From: Azolla caroliniana
Taxonomy: Eukaryota > Plantae > Polypodiophyta
Assembly: GCA_043228905.1 (NCBI GenBank)
Contig: JBHGNT010000001.1
Location: forward strand, 4,712,001 to 4,776,000
DNA: 64,000 nucleotides
Reading direction: 5' to 3'
Of the stretch, positions 49,807 through 63,206 are shown in pieces (position 1 is the stretch's first letter; each line of letters starts with the position of its first letter). The position numbers and the translations under genes are program-made. A model generated the notes under the pieces. It saw nothing but the letters and a program-made list of their open reading frames with translations, did no database searches and was not told where the DNA came from.

Positions 49807-52800
49807 TGCTCTCTTTTATTTACACCTTACACCTTTGCCCTGTTGGAATGGAAGCCTGCCTCTCAAGGGTAACAGCTGGTGAGTTTTTGAGTTTGGTCGA
49901 ATTTCTTTGTCAATATCTTTCCTGTATAGATAGACAGACAGATCGATGCTCGCCATAACACTCATCACTGCGGTTCTCTTTTACCTCCCTGTTATCAAGG
50001 TATATCCTTACTTTTTTCTTGTTTGTAGAATTCCAAGAATGCCTTGTTTTCCAGAGAATGTTTGCCCCTGGATGGTGCTCCTGGATTTGAATGTATATAG
50101 CTCTGCTGTATGTTAGTCTTGAATCGATTGTTCTTTGCATGTATTAAACTATGCATGCATCTCTCTATACATGTATATTCCATGTGTATATATGTATGTA
50201 CTATGTATAAATCTACACAGACACAAATGTATGCCTCTATATAAGTATGTATGTATCTCTGCACGCCATATACTGCATTTCATTCCGCTTTTAAGATTCT
50301 TGTTCCGTCTATTCTAGCAATTTGTAAACATAGCTTGAGGTAACACACTGTAAAAGCTTGAGAATTTAAATAACCTTAAGGCTTCATCATGACGTTCTCT
50401 CAAGCATTGATATTGAATGGAATAATGAATTTTGCTGTAGACTTGAGAGTAATAGCTATGATTAGTGATGTTTGTTAGGGATTTTTAGTATGACTGAATG
50501 TTTTGTTCTGAATCTTTTTATTTTTGCATGCATCAGTATATTTATGTATCGTATACCACATAAGGTGCATTTTCCCTTTTATATTAGACCCTTGTCAATC
50601 TATATTCTAGGATCTGTACAAATAGCTTGAGACAATCTTTTCATTGTCACTAGCAAGAGACCTGCTGACATCAGGGGTTCGAGACTGCAATGAAAAATTC
50701 ATTCTTGTTAGGATATTAAATGCAATCATGAATTTTGGAACCATCCCTTGACATTGGAAACACACCACGAGTAAACATTCTTCCGACATGAATACAAAAT
50801 GGACATTTAGGTTTTCATGTGGGCAACCTCTACACACTTCCTATGTCTCAAGACATATAATAGCGGAACATATATATGTTCTTTTCTTTGAATCGTTCTG
50901 GTCTTGAGATAGAGAGTGACCCTTTTGGTCTATTGAATTAATTTGTTGTGGGTTTTCACATCACATTGAAACTTCCCACTAGTGATATAATGTAGAGAAG
51001 AACTCTGAAACAGCCCATTCAATTCTTCTTTATTCCCCCTTGAATGCCTCTCAGTTTTTCTTATTCTCCATATGTCCTCACTTAATTCGGTGCCGAGTAT
51101 TTATATGTGCTATTGGGCAATTATATAATCCGTTTATCCCTTTTTGTGCAATTATATGTCAATGCATTTCTTATTTGGGGATTGTACAGAAGCCTTTGGG
51201 AAAATATTGAAAACTTATGGGCATTTTTGGAAATAAAGCAAAATTTAATGGTATTTCTGTGTTTTCCCTATAATAGATTACAAAGAAAGGTCTATGTCAC
51301 TCATTAACTACAATATGACATCTTGCCCACAACTTTGATAAGCAGTTTGGCTATCTGGCCATATGGACCTAAAATATGCTGCCACTAGCGAATATTTTCG
51401 CTGGGTTACATGTTGGATTTTATCGTCACTAAGGAATTTGTAACCAATAACCAATTGTATATGGTCAACCATTACTTATTTCCACTCAGTATTGGACATG
51501 TAGATTGTCACTTTGGCAAACTTAACCTAAACCCTTTATATTTAGATGGTAGCTGGGGGCATAGCTATGCCCATTTCTTTGAATTCTGTAAAATAGATGT
51601 AGTGAGTTTCTGGTAATTTCATTGCCGACATTTTTCTTGGGTTTTCACCTCACATCATTCGCATTGATAAATTGTACTCATTGAGAGGGGCAAAAGTGAG
51701 TGCCAATGGCAGTATGACATTATGAGCGTTAAACCCTGAGGTTTGATTGTCCTATACTTATGGGCCAACTCTAGCCTTTGGTTAAATTAATAATACAGCT
51801 ATGCATAAGCTCATAAAATTCAGGTAAAACTTTGAAATATGCAGGTTTTTCTTTAATTCCATAGATTTTAGTTATCTCCCTAAATACCCTTTGTAACAAT
51901 GAGAGAAAATGGGGATGAGATGACCATGCAATGGCTCAAATATGCCACATAAAGTTGAGAATTTTTTTTTCTGCATTTATAAGATTTACTTCATTTTACA
52001 TCATGGAGACCATCATAGGGGTGAAAGAGAAATTGTAGGAACCTCTACCTAGATGAAGTGATAGAGATATTTAACTTTGAAGTTTTTTCTCTCTTCAACA
52101 AATTGATGATGAATTTAAGTAACGTGTTAGAATTTTGTGATTCTTCTGGATTTAAACTTTATAGTTTGAATGTAGATCCTTGAATATGTTCGTCCTAAAG
52201 GGTTGTGTACTTTCCTCGAGATATCAAAGATCTATGATTAAAGTGTTATCATTTTTTTGCTTAAAACTTGAACGAAAACTAGAAAATTAAGTATGTTTGC
52301 AACATCATTTTACCAAGGTATTCAAATACTCCTTTTTTTCAGTTCACATTCAGATTTTAGCAATAAATTGGAGCATGGATGAACTTGTTTGAATACTAAT
52401 TTTTTCCCCATGGAAACTGGGGCAGAAGATATATATAAAGAAGAATTAAAAATGCGGGAGTTCCTTTTATGCAAGTACATGAAAGATGACAATATACCTT
52501 GTGAAATTGAAGAGGTTGGTTTGACCTTTGTTTTTCTGAGGATATAATGGTTACGAGATATTTCTTTTTTGTATGTATACTGGATTTTGAACCAGAAATT
52601 TGCACATCATAATTTAACACCTCATCTAACAACAAGCTCCCAATATTGTTTGGCACATTTATTATCTAGATAGTGCCCATCTCCTAGGTGAAAATTGTGA
52701 AAACTTGTTATATATTGTTTTAAATATAGCCCTGCCTTTGGCCATACACTTAAAACCAAAAGAAAAATAGTGAAATGCTAAATTTAACATCTACAAATGG

Positions 52801-52842
52801 CCAAAATGACATATGAGACAGAAAGTGACATATTTCCGTAAT

Positions 52843-52906
<64 letters not shown>

Positions 52907-54751
52907 CAGGGGCTCTATATCGGATCAATTGGAGCAGCTCGTAACAAACAGGAGTTGTTGAGATTGAATATTACTCACATTCTTTCAGTTGTATGTTCGA
53001 TCAAACCTCTCTATCCTTCCGATTTTCAATATAAACAAATAGAAGGTCAGTATTTGTTTTTCTTGTATTATCATCTTCTAATGACTTGAGATTAATATCT
53101 CATTAGCTAAGAATGTATGTTTTAGTGTCTTGATTTTTTTTGTTTGCTTCCACACATTCATAGAATGAATGCTATTGGAAATTTAAAAACATTATTGTGG
53201 AGTGACTAACTTTGTTTATTTCTGATCAGAAAGTAGTTTTCTGGAAACTTGACTAAACTATTGCATGTGAAATGTTAATCAATATAATTCATAATCATTA
53301 TGAAAGGATCGAGCTAGTTCATTCTTGGGTTGGCCTTTGGAACAGTGTGGGATAGGGCGGCTGTGGACATGGAGGTATATTTTGATGAATGTTTTGCATT
53401 TATCAATGAAGCTAAGCAAAGAGAAGGTGCAGTCCTTGTTCACTGTTTCGCAGGCAAATCGAGAAGGTTTATTTTTTGAGAATTTATCACTTTTTTCTTT
53501 TCATTACAACATTTGAAAAGAAAGAAAGAAAAACTGAAAGAATATATGTAATGTCTCTATAGTGTCCAAAGTGGCCAATGAAACCCAAATAATGTTTCAA
53601 ATTATAGTTTTGGTGATATATCATCCAGAACAAAAGAAAGGTCATCGAGTTGACAGTAAAACAAAAATTAAAATGTCATTGGCAATAAAATTAGAGCTGC
53701 ACTAACTCTGATTACCGGACAAAACTATCAAACAGTTTTGCCTGTGGGCAAAACACCAAAAATACCCCTGACTTTTTAGATATTAACTAGAATACCCCAA
53801 AGTTTTCAAAAGTTGCAAGCATTTCGCCAATACAAAACAATTTAATCATCTAGTGAAATTAGAAAACTTATGGTGTTTTGGTATATCTCCAAAATGTTAG
53901 GGATACTTTTGCTTAGATGAATCACCATTATCCTAAATAGGAATCGGCAAAGACATTTCCCTCACCCTCACACTTGTCTTCTTCCTAATTTCGTTTTCAA
54001 AGCCAATAAGCCATGACTCAAGTGCAGCTCAGGAGAAGCTTGGCTTATGCTGCCTGGCTCAGGCTTGGTTTTGGCACAAGTAACTTAGGGTTGGTCGACT
54101 CGACTTGGCTTAAACTTTGCTTTTTTCAGTTGGAGCTAAGCTGCTTGGCATGAGGGCCCTGAGCGGAGCCAAGCCTTTGCCGATTCCTAATTCTAAAGCA
54201 TTTTAAACTATCCATCTGAAGAAGACTATAAAAATATTACACATTAGAATCATGTCTATGGTTCCCATAACATGATCGTTTCAGATATATGGCTTTACAT
54301 GATGCAGTGTTACAGTTGTTATTGCTTACTTGATGAAGACCTATGGCATGAGATTTTTGCAAGCATATAATCATGTAAGAAATCGGTGGCCCCAAGCTGA
54401 ACCAAATCTTGGCTTCGTTTTACAGCTCAGGAAATTTCAAAGGAAACTTGGAGGTGAGTGAGAATCTCATGCTATACATTCCTTTCCATAGTGCTAGTTT
54501 TATGAATTTGATTCTTAATGAGACAACATTGGCAATATATACCATTGCTCATTGGTCATTAATGAATTGTGTATGAATCTAACACTCAACTATGAACAAG
54601 CTCATCATGTTTTTATATTTGGGTATATGTCCTAACTCTTCATGCTCTACTTAGCTTCTTTGACCTGTATAGGTCATGAAAGTGAGCAAATCTAACAGTC
54701 AACTTTCTTCTCTTTGTTTCAGTTATAGAACCTATTAATTCTCTGGACTGA
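49807..54751 (+). CDS. Dual-specificity protein phosphatase (DsPTP1/MKP2-like); confident exons 52910-53045, 53346-53466, 54308-54453; 5' exon(s) and last exon uncertain
   Basis: GLYIGSIGAARNKQELLRLNITHILSV, catalytic VHCFAGKSRS|VTVVIAYLM, and PNLGFVLQL. A putative first exon ends at GTGAG (~49880); the connecting exon was not identified. Confidence 0.85.
52845..52904. repeat. (GA)n microsatellite, ~30 units
   Basis: Read directly; ends 5 nt before the exon starting at 52910. Confidence 0.95.
53938..54189. mobile_element. 252-bp hAT MITE sharing TIRs with the 16731-18189 element, in a phosphatase intron
   Basis: TAGGAATCGGCAAAG...CTTTGCCGATTCCTA. Flanks ATCCTAAA / ATTCTAAA form an 8-bp TSD with 1 mismatch. 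Internal GGCTC/GGCTT repeats. Confidence 0.88.
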
Positions 54752-57077
54752 CAACGAAATACATGATGTTAAACCATAGAAAGAATGATTTTGAATATGC
54801 AAACAAACAAGAAGGGTATGTACTATGAGACATCTTTCAAAATCAATGCATACATACATATATATGTATAATACACATGTTCAACCCAACCATCACCACG
54901 ATCATAACCACATTAAATGTATTATTGCTGCCATTGAGATTCTACAGTAATAAGCCAAACCATACTGTTTGCAACTTTTGACTAGCTTATCCACCTCAAG
55001 ATGCTTCAATAATAATAGAAATATGTTGCTTGTAAATTTTGAAGGACAGCCTTATCCATATAATTTTATGAGTCACAATAAACTTTCTTGTATTGTAGAG
55101 CGAATCATTTACTAGTTACATGAATGGTTACACGTCCACATTGTGTATATGTGCGGAATGCAGAGAACATATCTGGTTGAATTCAAATCCACAATAATAT
55201 CATTGATGAAAATATTGAGCGACCATAAGAGATGGTGTTATTGAAAACGTCTTGTTCTGTGTATATTTAGATTATTGTTTGTGGTATTGGTGGCCAACAT
55301 ATGACAATCATGGGTAGAGATTGTGAGTTCTTGGGCAATATCTCATACCACTAGGGTATTCCACAATTTATAACAATATCTTTTAACTACAGAAGTTTTG
55401 TGACTAGAATGAGATGGTGAAAATAAACGAAACACTTGTAGATAATCGAGTATTATAAATGTGGATGGAAGCATTATTGTGAGTAAGTCAAAAAGTCATG
55501 TGCTATGTACAATCACGCAATAGATTTCCTAGTGAGGGCTGTGACCTTGTGTTAATACTAAAAGTGTTTTTTTCCTACAAATGCCAAAGGTTTTTTCTGA
55601 ATTTCAAATCCATTGAAAGAATTAGATTGTTAAAATGGCTCAAGCACATCTAGAAGGCTACCAATGTTAGTCTTCCACAACATTTCCTTCCTAGTTGTAT
55701 AAAACTCTTATACCGCTAATCATGATCAGGTTTCAAAATTATTGATGTATACCAACATTAGATTGTCATGGTCATAAATTCTCTACTTTGATTAAATAGA
55801 ACTCTACCAAAATGTAGAGAAAATCCTCTTCACAATAGGTTAATGACTATGAAAATGTAATTAATACAAATTTTCAATATTGGATGCATATAAGCATCAA
55901 ATCATTAAAAAACAAACAAAAAACTAGATTTACTCCTACTTGCAACACTTTTCTTGAGCCTCTTCCCTCATTCATGTGTCAAAGAGATGATATGTATGAT
56001 TCTCAAATATGCCTAAACACCTTCCAAATGTGAACATTGAATTTCTTCAATGCTTACAACAATATCTTCATGAAAGGTCATGTCACATGCCCCCACGATA
56101 TAAATTAGTACATGACACCTCCGGAAGAGGAATGCTCGATACATTGAGGATATGTTGTCATCCACCCAAATGTAGTTGTGCATTGTATTTTGCAGAAACA
56201 AAATTACACCTCTAAAAACCATTTGTGACCTTATGTCTATAGGTTTATTATTTATACATGCCTCTTTGCTATGTGCACAAGTATTACCCTGAAGATACTT
56301 GTGCTTTCTATCTCGTAGAGAGAAAATTTTCCTTTCAAAGACACTTCTGATCAATGTCTCCAAGACATAAGGCTCCTTGATGGGCACAACTTTTTACTTT
56401 TTCCAAATGAGGGTATAATCAATTTAGCAAAGAAATGGTCCCTACCTACGAGTGCACATTTATTAAGGCAATTGGCATTATAAACTTGTTTTCTAGAGCA
56501 ATAGAGCATGAATCCTCTCAAAGAAATTACTTTCTCCCACACACACATAATATTTCAAAGAAAGGTATGCCTCCTTTGAGGGCTACATGTGCTCAATAAG
56601 TCAAATTGATGTCAACATCATTCTAAAGTCACTTATGCCCAAAATCTCGATGAGACATGTGCCTCTATTAGATATTTGGGCACAAGACATATGTCTCTTG
56701 CTGAAATACAATGAGTGTGACTTTACAAAGCATTAGAGAAATACACGACTTGTTGTTGATTCAATCAACACAATTTTTTGTCAATACATGTGAATTTATG
56801 ATGCCAAATACATGAAGGGAAGCTAGATAGAAACCTTGCTAGCTCTTATTTATGCTCTAGATAAGTCTATGGGTATGGTTGTCCATTTGTTCATTGTGAT
56901 AATTTGAACCAACCTTTTCTTGATGTTTCTTCTCTTCTCTCCCTTCTTTCGCGTCTTTGGCATTATAAATTCCCTTCCCTTTTTCAGTAAGGCTTACTCA
57001 TGGTTGCCACATGTCTCCATGCGCTTATCTCCTTTACCATCCACTAAGTTCCAAGGAAATCACGCTTACACTCAAGA

Positions 57078-57277
57078 CAACTCCCAAAGCATTACCACAA
57101 TTCACTCAGACCTAGAACTTATATCGTAGTCTTACATGTACTCCAACTCCCAAAGCATTACCACAATTCACTCAAACCTAGAACTTATATTGCAATCTTA
57201 CATGTACTCCAACTCTCAAAGCATTACTGCAATTCACTCAAACCTAGAACTTATATTGCAAGCCTAAATGTACTCCT
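57078..57277. repeat. 66-bp tandem repeat, 3 copies
   Basis: CAACTCCCAAAGCATTACCACAATTCACTCA(G/A)ACCTAGAACTTATAT...ATGTACTC at ~57078, 57144 and 57210. Confidence 0.9.
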
Positions 57278-57814
57278 ACTCCTAATAGATGAGCACATCT
57301 TCTGTTGACATATACTTCGTCCTTGAATGCTTAAAACGCAAACTTCAAAACAAACTAGTAGAATTTCACTATCCAAGGTGTTTGCCAAAAGGCTAAAATA
57401 AAAAATTGGTTGTCCAAGTTAGGGAAGTAAGGCCAAACACTAATTAAATATTTCTGATGTTGATGACGACAACTTACTGCAACAAACACCTTATGGCCAA
57501 GACATGGTTTCACTACCAAACACTCTATGGGCAAGATATAGTTTTGTGGTTAAGACACTTGTGGTCAAGGCAAGGTCTTTTAGGGTTCAACCACTTTTGA
57601 TAAACACATAGTTTCAAGGTTCGGATATATGTGGCCAAGGCAAAGTTTTTCAAGCTTTCGAATCTTGTGGAGTGGTTTATTGCTAGACACTCGGGTTCAA
57701 GACAAGGGTTTGGGAGTCGATCCGAACCAACCAGACTTATCGCTTCCCAATCTTATCTCTCTTCTCTATCTTATTATTTGACACTTGTAAACCTCTATTA
57801 TTATTGTTATTAGA

Positions 57815-57854
<40 letters not shown>

Positions 57855-58553
57855 GCTTCCATTTAGTGAAGTTTTTAAGCTCCATGGCTCCTTGGCTGAA
57901 TTGGGATCTGATCGGGAACAGAGGCCGACCTCTCTGCAACACACCATTAAGCTCAGAAGTCCTTTCATTCTGTGTCGACCCTTCAGCGATGGAGATTTAG
58001 GTTCCACTCAGAAGGTAATCCCCCCCCACCCCCCGGTTATTTTCTTTCCTCTTTAAGTTTGACTTTCCTTCATCTCTGAGAAAGTTAAAAGAGAGGTTTT
58101 CCTTCTTCGTCCTTCTTTCCCTTCATCCTCTGCGTTTTATGGTTTTGATCTGCATCGACTTTGGACCCTTTTTTGTTGTTAGAATGTGAGCAAATAAATG
58201 ATGATGCGTATGTGTATATTTTGCTCTGTCCATGTAATCTTCATTTCTGTTTGAACTTAAGAAAAAAAAATGGTGATGTATAGATATATCTAGTCTATCT
58301 ACCTATTTGTTTTCTTCTTTTCTGTGTAATGATATCACTTGTTAGAATTTGAGAAAATAAGCAGTAATGCCTATACACATGAGTGGGAACAAAGCATTTC
58401 ATTGATCATGCTGTGTTAGAGACTAGGAAACAGTGTTGTCTGTGTATATGTATACAAACATATAAACGATGCGAGCAGAGAATGCCACCTAAATAAATCT
58501 GTTCTTTCTTTTCTCAGGTCTATAATGGAAGGACTCTAATAGAGTTGGAATAT

Positions 58554-61038
58554 ATGGGGAAGTATTTGTTCAACGTTGTGGGGCTTCTGATCTTCTTTCT
58601 AATTGTGGCAATAGCTGTTGTAGGCATATCTTCTCCACCATTTATGTTAAGATTTTGTAATTGTGACGATGATGGAGGAGGAGCCATGGAAAGCATGAAG
58701 AGATTTCAGCGTGTCAGTGATTTTTTAATTGCATTGGCTTATTTTTCCATCCCTCTGGAGCTCCTCTACTTCATCAGTTGCTCAGAGGGTTTTCCATTTT
58801 GGTGGGTTGTGGCCCAATTTGGAGCATTTATAGTCCTTTGTGGGTTAACACACTTTGTTGCTGTGTGGACTTATGTTCCACATTCCTTTAACATCATGTT
58901 CACACAAACTATCTTGAAAGTGCTTACAGCACTTGTATCATGTGCTACTGCAATCTCTCTTGTGCATATGATTCCTATGCTATTACATGTGAAAGTAAGA
59001 GAATCGCTTCTGATGAGCAAGGCCGAAGAGCTCAATCGTGAAGTGAATATCATTAAGAGGCAGGAAGAAGCAGGAAGACATGTTCATATGCTTACGCATG
59101 AGATTCGACGCTCAGTAGATAAGCACACTATACTTTCAATCATGCTTGAGCAATTGGGTAGAACACTTAATCTAGAAAATTGCTCTATATGGATGCCAGA
59201 TTCTCAAGGATTGACTATTGAGCTCACTCATGAGCTTAAGAGACGAGATTTTCAAGAACCTGTGCTTGTGCTCGCAGACGATGAGCTAGTGAAGACAATT
59301 GAAAACTCCACCAAAGCAGTAGTTGTGCCACCTGATTCTCTCCTTGGAAGAGCATGTAACCATAGTGCTGCTACCATGGGGTCAACTGTAGCAGTTAGAC
59401 TTCCACTTCTTCGTTATTCTAATTTTGGAACTGATACTAAAGAAAGAACCGATACAAAATATGCAATCATGGTGCTGGGTTTTCCCAAGGGAAGTGGTTG
59501 GGAATGGGGGCCAAATGAATTGGATATAGTTGAGGCAGTTGCTGATCAAGTGGCTGTTGCGCTCTCTCATGCAGCTATTCTTGAAGATTCACATAGGATA
59601 CAAGAACAGCTACTGGAGAAAAATAAGGCGTTGGAACAAGTTAGGCGGGATGCGGAAACAGCGATGCTTGCAAGGAATGAGTTTTTAATTGTAATGAATC
59701 ATGAAATGAGAATTCCTTTACATACAATAAGGGCATTAGCATCATTATTGCAAGAATCAGATTTAAGCATAGAGCAGCAAGCTGTGGTTCAGACAGTGGA
59801 AAAGAGTAGTGGATTGATGTCTATGGTTATTAATGATATGCAGAATTTCTCTAACCTGGATGATAGTAGGATGGTGCTTGATCTTCGGCCTTTTGATCTG
59901 CCATCTTTCTTTAAAGAAGTTGCAAATTTTGCCATACCTATGGCGAGAAGTAAGGGTCTTACATTCTCTTTAGAGATTTCATCTTCCCTACCTCAGTATG
60001 TTATCGGTGATGAGAAACGCTTTCTTCAGCTGATATTGAATTTGGTATCAACTGTGATCAGATTTACTAGTGCACAAGGAAGTGTAACAGTGGCAGTTTG
60101 TGTTGATACCAAAGAAAGTTTTAGGTGGGATCCAAGAAAGCCAACATGGATGCCTATTCCAGATGGATCTGTGCATGTAAGAACAGAAGTGAGAAACACA
60201 GGCTTTAATGGTAGGGAATGGGATATTTTAAAGGTTTTACATAGGTTTTCTCAAGTTCAGAATGCTGCTTCTGATCAGTATCATGATGGCATTTGGCGTC
60301 AACTGTTAGTTTGTGAGAAAATTGCTAAGGTAACCATCATGCCTCTTTCATCCATATATTGCTGTTTTGAATTTTTTTATGTGGGTTATTTTAACACTTT
60401 TCAATAGTTTTTAAAGAATTTAGGTGAAATCAATGTGATCTTAAATAGCACTTGCCCTAGATTACTAATTATCACATCTGATGCAGCTCATGAATGGTCA
60501 TACCTGGGTCCAAAATGGTGGGGTGGGGCTCACTAATTCTGTTGTGGCATGTGTAGTATGCCTTGAATTACCTTCACCTTCTGTGGATAGTTCTCTTCCT
60601 ACTCCAGAGGAAACAATATACAATGAAGATTTGAAAGGACTGAAGGTGCTTCTTGCGGATGATAATTTGATCAACCGAATTGTAACAAAGCAAGTGCTCG
60701 AGAAACTTGGATGCCAAGCAACGGTTGTTGAGTCTGGGCGGCAATGCTTAGCAACTTTAGCACAACCCGGAAGCATGTATAATATTTTGTTGCTCGATCT
60801 ATGGATGCCAGATATGGATGGGTACGATGTAGCACTACGTATTAAAAAAAACATCCACCCTGAAAGAAGGCCATTGGTTGTTGCCTTAACTGCTGACACA
60901 GATGAACATAGTCAGGAACGTTGCTTGAAAGTTGGTATGGAAGGAGTCATTCTTAAGCCAGTGTCTATAGCCGAGATGAGCTATAAACTATGTGAAATTT
61001 TGAGGGCAAGCAAAGCTTGGTATAACGTAATGCGGTGA
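58554..61038 (+). CDS. Ethylene receptor (ETR2/EIN4-like architecture); 2 coding exons (58554-60329, 60487-61038), ~775 aa
   Basis: Extra N-terminal hydrophobic segment and CNC motif. Ethylene-binding domain SDFLIALAYFSIPLEL...FIVLCGLTH, GAF domain (VEAVADQVAVALSHAAILE), H-box MNHEMRIP, receiver LLADDN...LLDLWMPDMDG...KP. 5'UTR intron at 58015-58517. Confidence 0.95.
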
Positions 61039-63206
61039 AAAAATATCTGCATTCATGTTTACCTTTGATGTCAAGAATTTTTGGGGATTTTCAAAAACAC
61101 CCTCTGGCTTGTAGTTGAATCATCAAGCTTAGTTTTTGAGAAATCTCAGGCTTGTAGTTGAGAGGACATATTCCATTACTCTTAGGATAAAGCAACTTGC
61201 TTTTGCATGTTGTAATGTTAACTGAGCAAACGAGAACAAGTTTCCTACTATTCATTACATGGGAACAATATTAGTTCCTAACGAGAGAAAAGAACACATT
61301 TCCTCCCAACAATGGCAATATCTAATTATCTTGCTTGTTGAAGACATGTGAAACAGTTGTAACTTCGGTCATGTCGTTCATTTTGGACTTTTGCAGAATA
61401 TTACATTTCATTTCATTCCCTGTTCCCTTGTCAAAGTATGAAAATTTTGATCCGCCCTGATAGAAATTTTCAGATTGGACTTTCTTGTCACCCTTGATGC
61501 ATAACATTTCTAGTTTATGAAAAAATTGTAGAAAACCAATACGACCTTATTCCTATGTGGAAAGGAATTCCTGATGTAATGCAATTCAAGAAGCAAGATG
61601 TGCAACAGAACTGCCATAGAATGTAACGCTCTATTTGCACTAATACTAATACTTAACCTCAATTTTCTAGCGGCAATATGGCAATAACATGCTTTGATTA
61701 CACAACCAAGTAAGTTGTAAGACATTGTTTAGTTCCTTTTCCAATTGGTTCTGATATGGTTTGATTGTAGAAATATTTGTAACCCATACTTTGAAGTGTA
61801 CCCAAATGTTTAGAAGGTAAGAAGGATGAAATGACAAGAGCAGTTACCTCTGGGGGTTTTGTGGCTCCACTGAGAATAAAACAAATCATTGCACTTGTAA
61901 TTTCATGCCCACTTATTAGACATGTAGGGGACTAAAGCAAATAAACTCCCTAGAAGCATTTGTATTGTGAACGCCAAATTATGTGCTACTAATATACTTA
62001 ATGCAATGTCGAAACATACTAGTTTGAAGTGTCAAATAACCATTGTCTTAACATCAAGGAGGAAATTCCTAAGACATGAGTAACATCAATAACTCCATCT
62101 TTCCTTTTGAAAGACTTTTCAATGTATTGGTCATGTCTTCCTAACATTTAGTTTCGTTTAATTGTTATCATCAACCTCATTAAATAATTTTTTGTCTTAA
62201 TGAGGTTCAAGATAGAAACAACTTATCTCCAATTGACGCACTTAGACATCATTACAAGAAGCTGAATTAAACTGTAAATATGATATCCTCTGGAATTATT
62301 TCATGCTATTCTTTATTTTGTCAATTGCAGCATTACCATCAGAGAGAAAGTAACAGAAACTATGGCATCTGTAGTGTGGTATGCCATGATCAGGGATGTC
62401 CAAAAGTAAGCAACTTTGCACTTTGTAAACAACATGATAAAAAACATTTGTAGCAAGCTAAGCACGAGAAACCAAGATTTTGAAGCATCTATGAATTGTT
62501 CTTATAATGACTGATAGTCTCCCAAGCTCAGGCTATAAATCTTAGATGTGTAACCATCCGCACTACTCATTCACATCTACTTTGAAATACAAACAGCACA
62601 ATTCTTTCCGTAATTAATACTATGAACTCTAATCCAGAAAAAGTAAGACAGGATTTTTTTGCGAAAACAACAGATACATCATCCCTTCTGTCAATACATG
62701 AAAATAAAACAACCTCAGAGCTTGCAACAAGACTGCATGGCAGACCAAGAAAAAAAAATTAACAAACTTTCAGATGTAAATAGCAGGTTCAAGAAAACTG
62801 AAGTTACAAAGCTCACATGTTTTAAATGTTATCTTGATGGCTACAACTAAACTCTTAAAAATAAAGCATTTTGAATCATAATGCAGATGGAAATCCTGAT
62901 GACAATTTGTATCTAATTAACAATATTGTAGCTTAAATACAGCTGCTTATCTTTATTTTGGATTCGAGCCTCCATAGCAGCTCAAAAAAGTTAGACAAAA
63001 TCTCGGCCACAGTAATGAAAAATGTGTCAGTCACAGCGACTGAACTAAAAAAATCTTCAAAAGTCTACAGAATTAATAAGGAAAAGATGTACCATCATGA
63101 TATAATGTAGCTCTCTTGGAAAAGTGACGTGTATCTATGGCGAGTTATACCATGTTACTCTGTATTTTCTCATGAGATCCCTATATACTTTCCCTAAGAA
63201 AGAAAT

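Noticed and set aside
35238-61038. Idea of a hormone/stress-signalling gene cluster (RING-H2, TGA, MAPK-type phosphatase, ethylene receptor)
   Set aside because: These are common, unrelated families. Adjacency alone gives no evidence of co-regulation; synteny and co-expression data would be needed.
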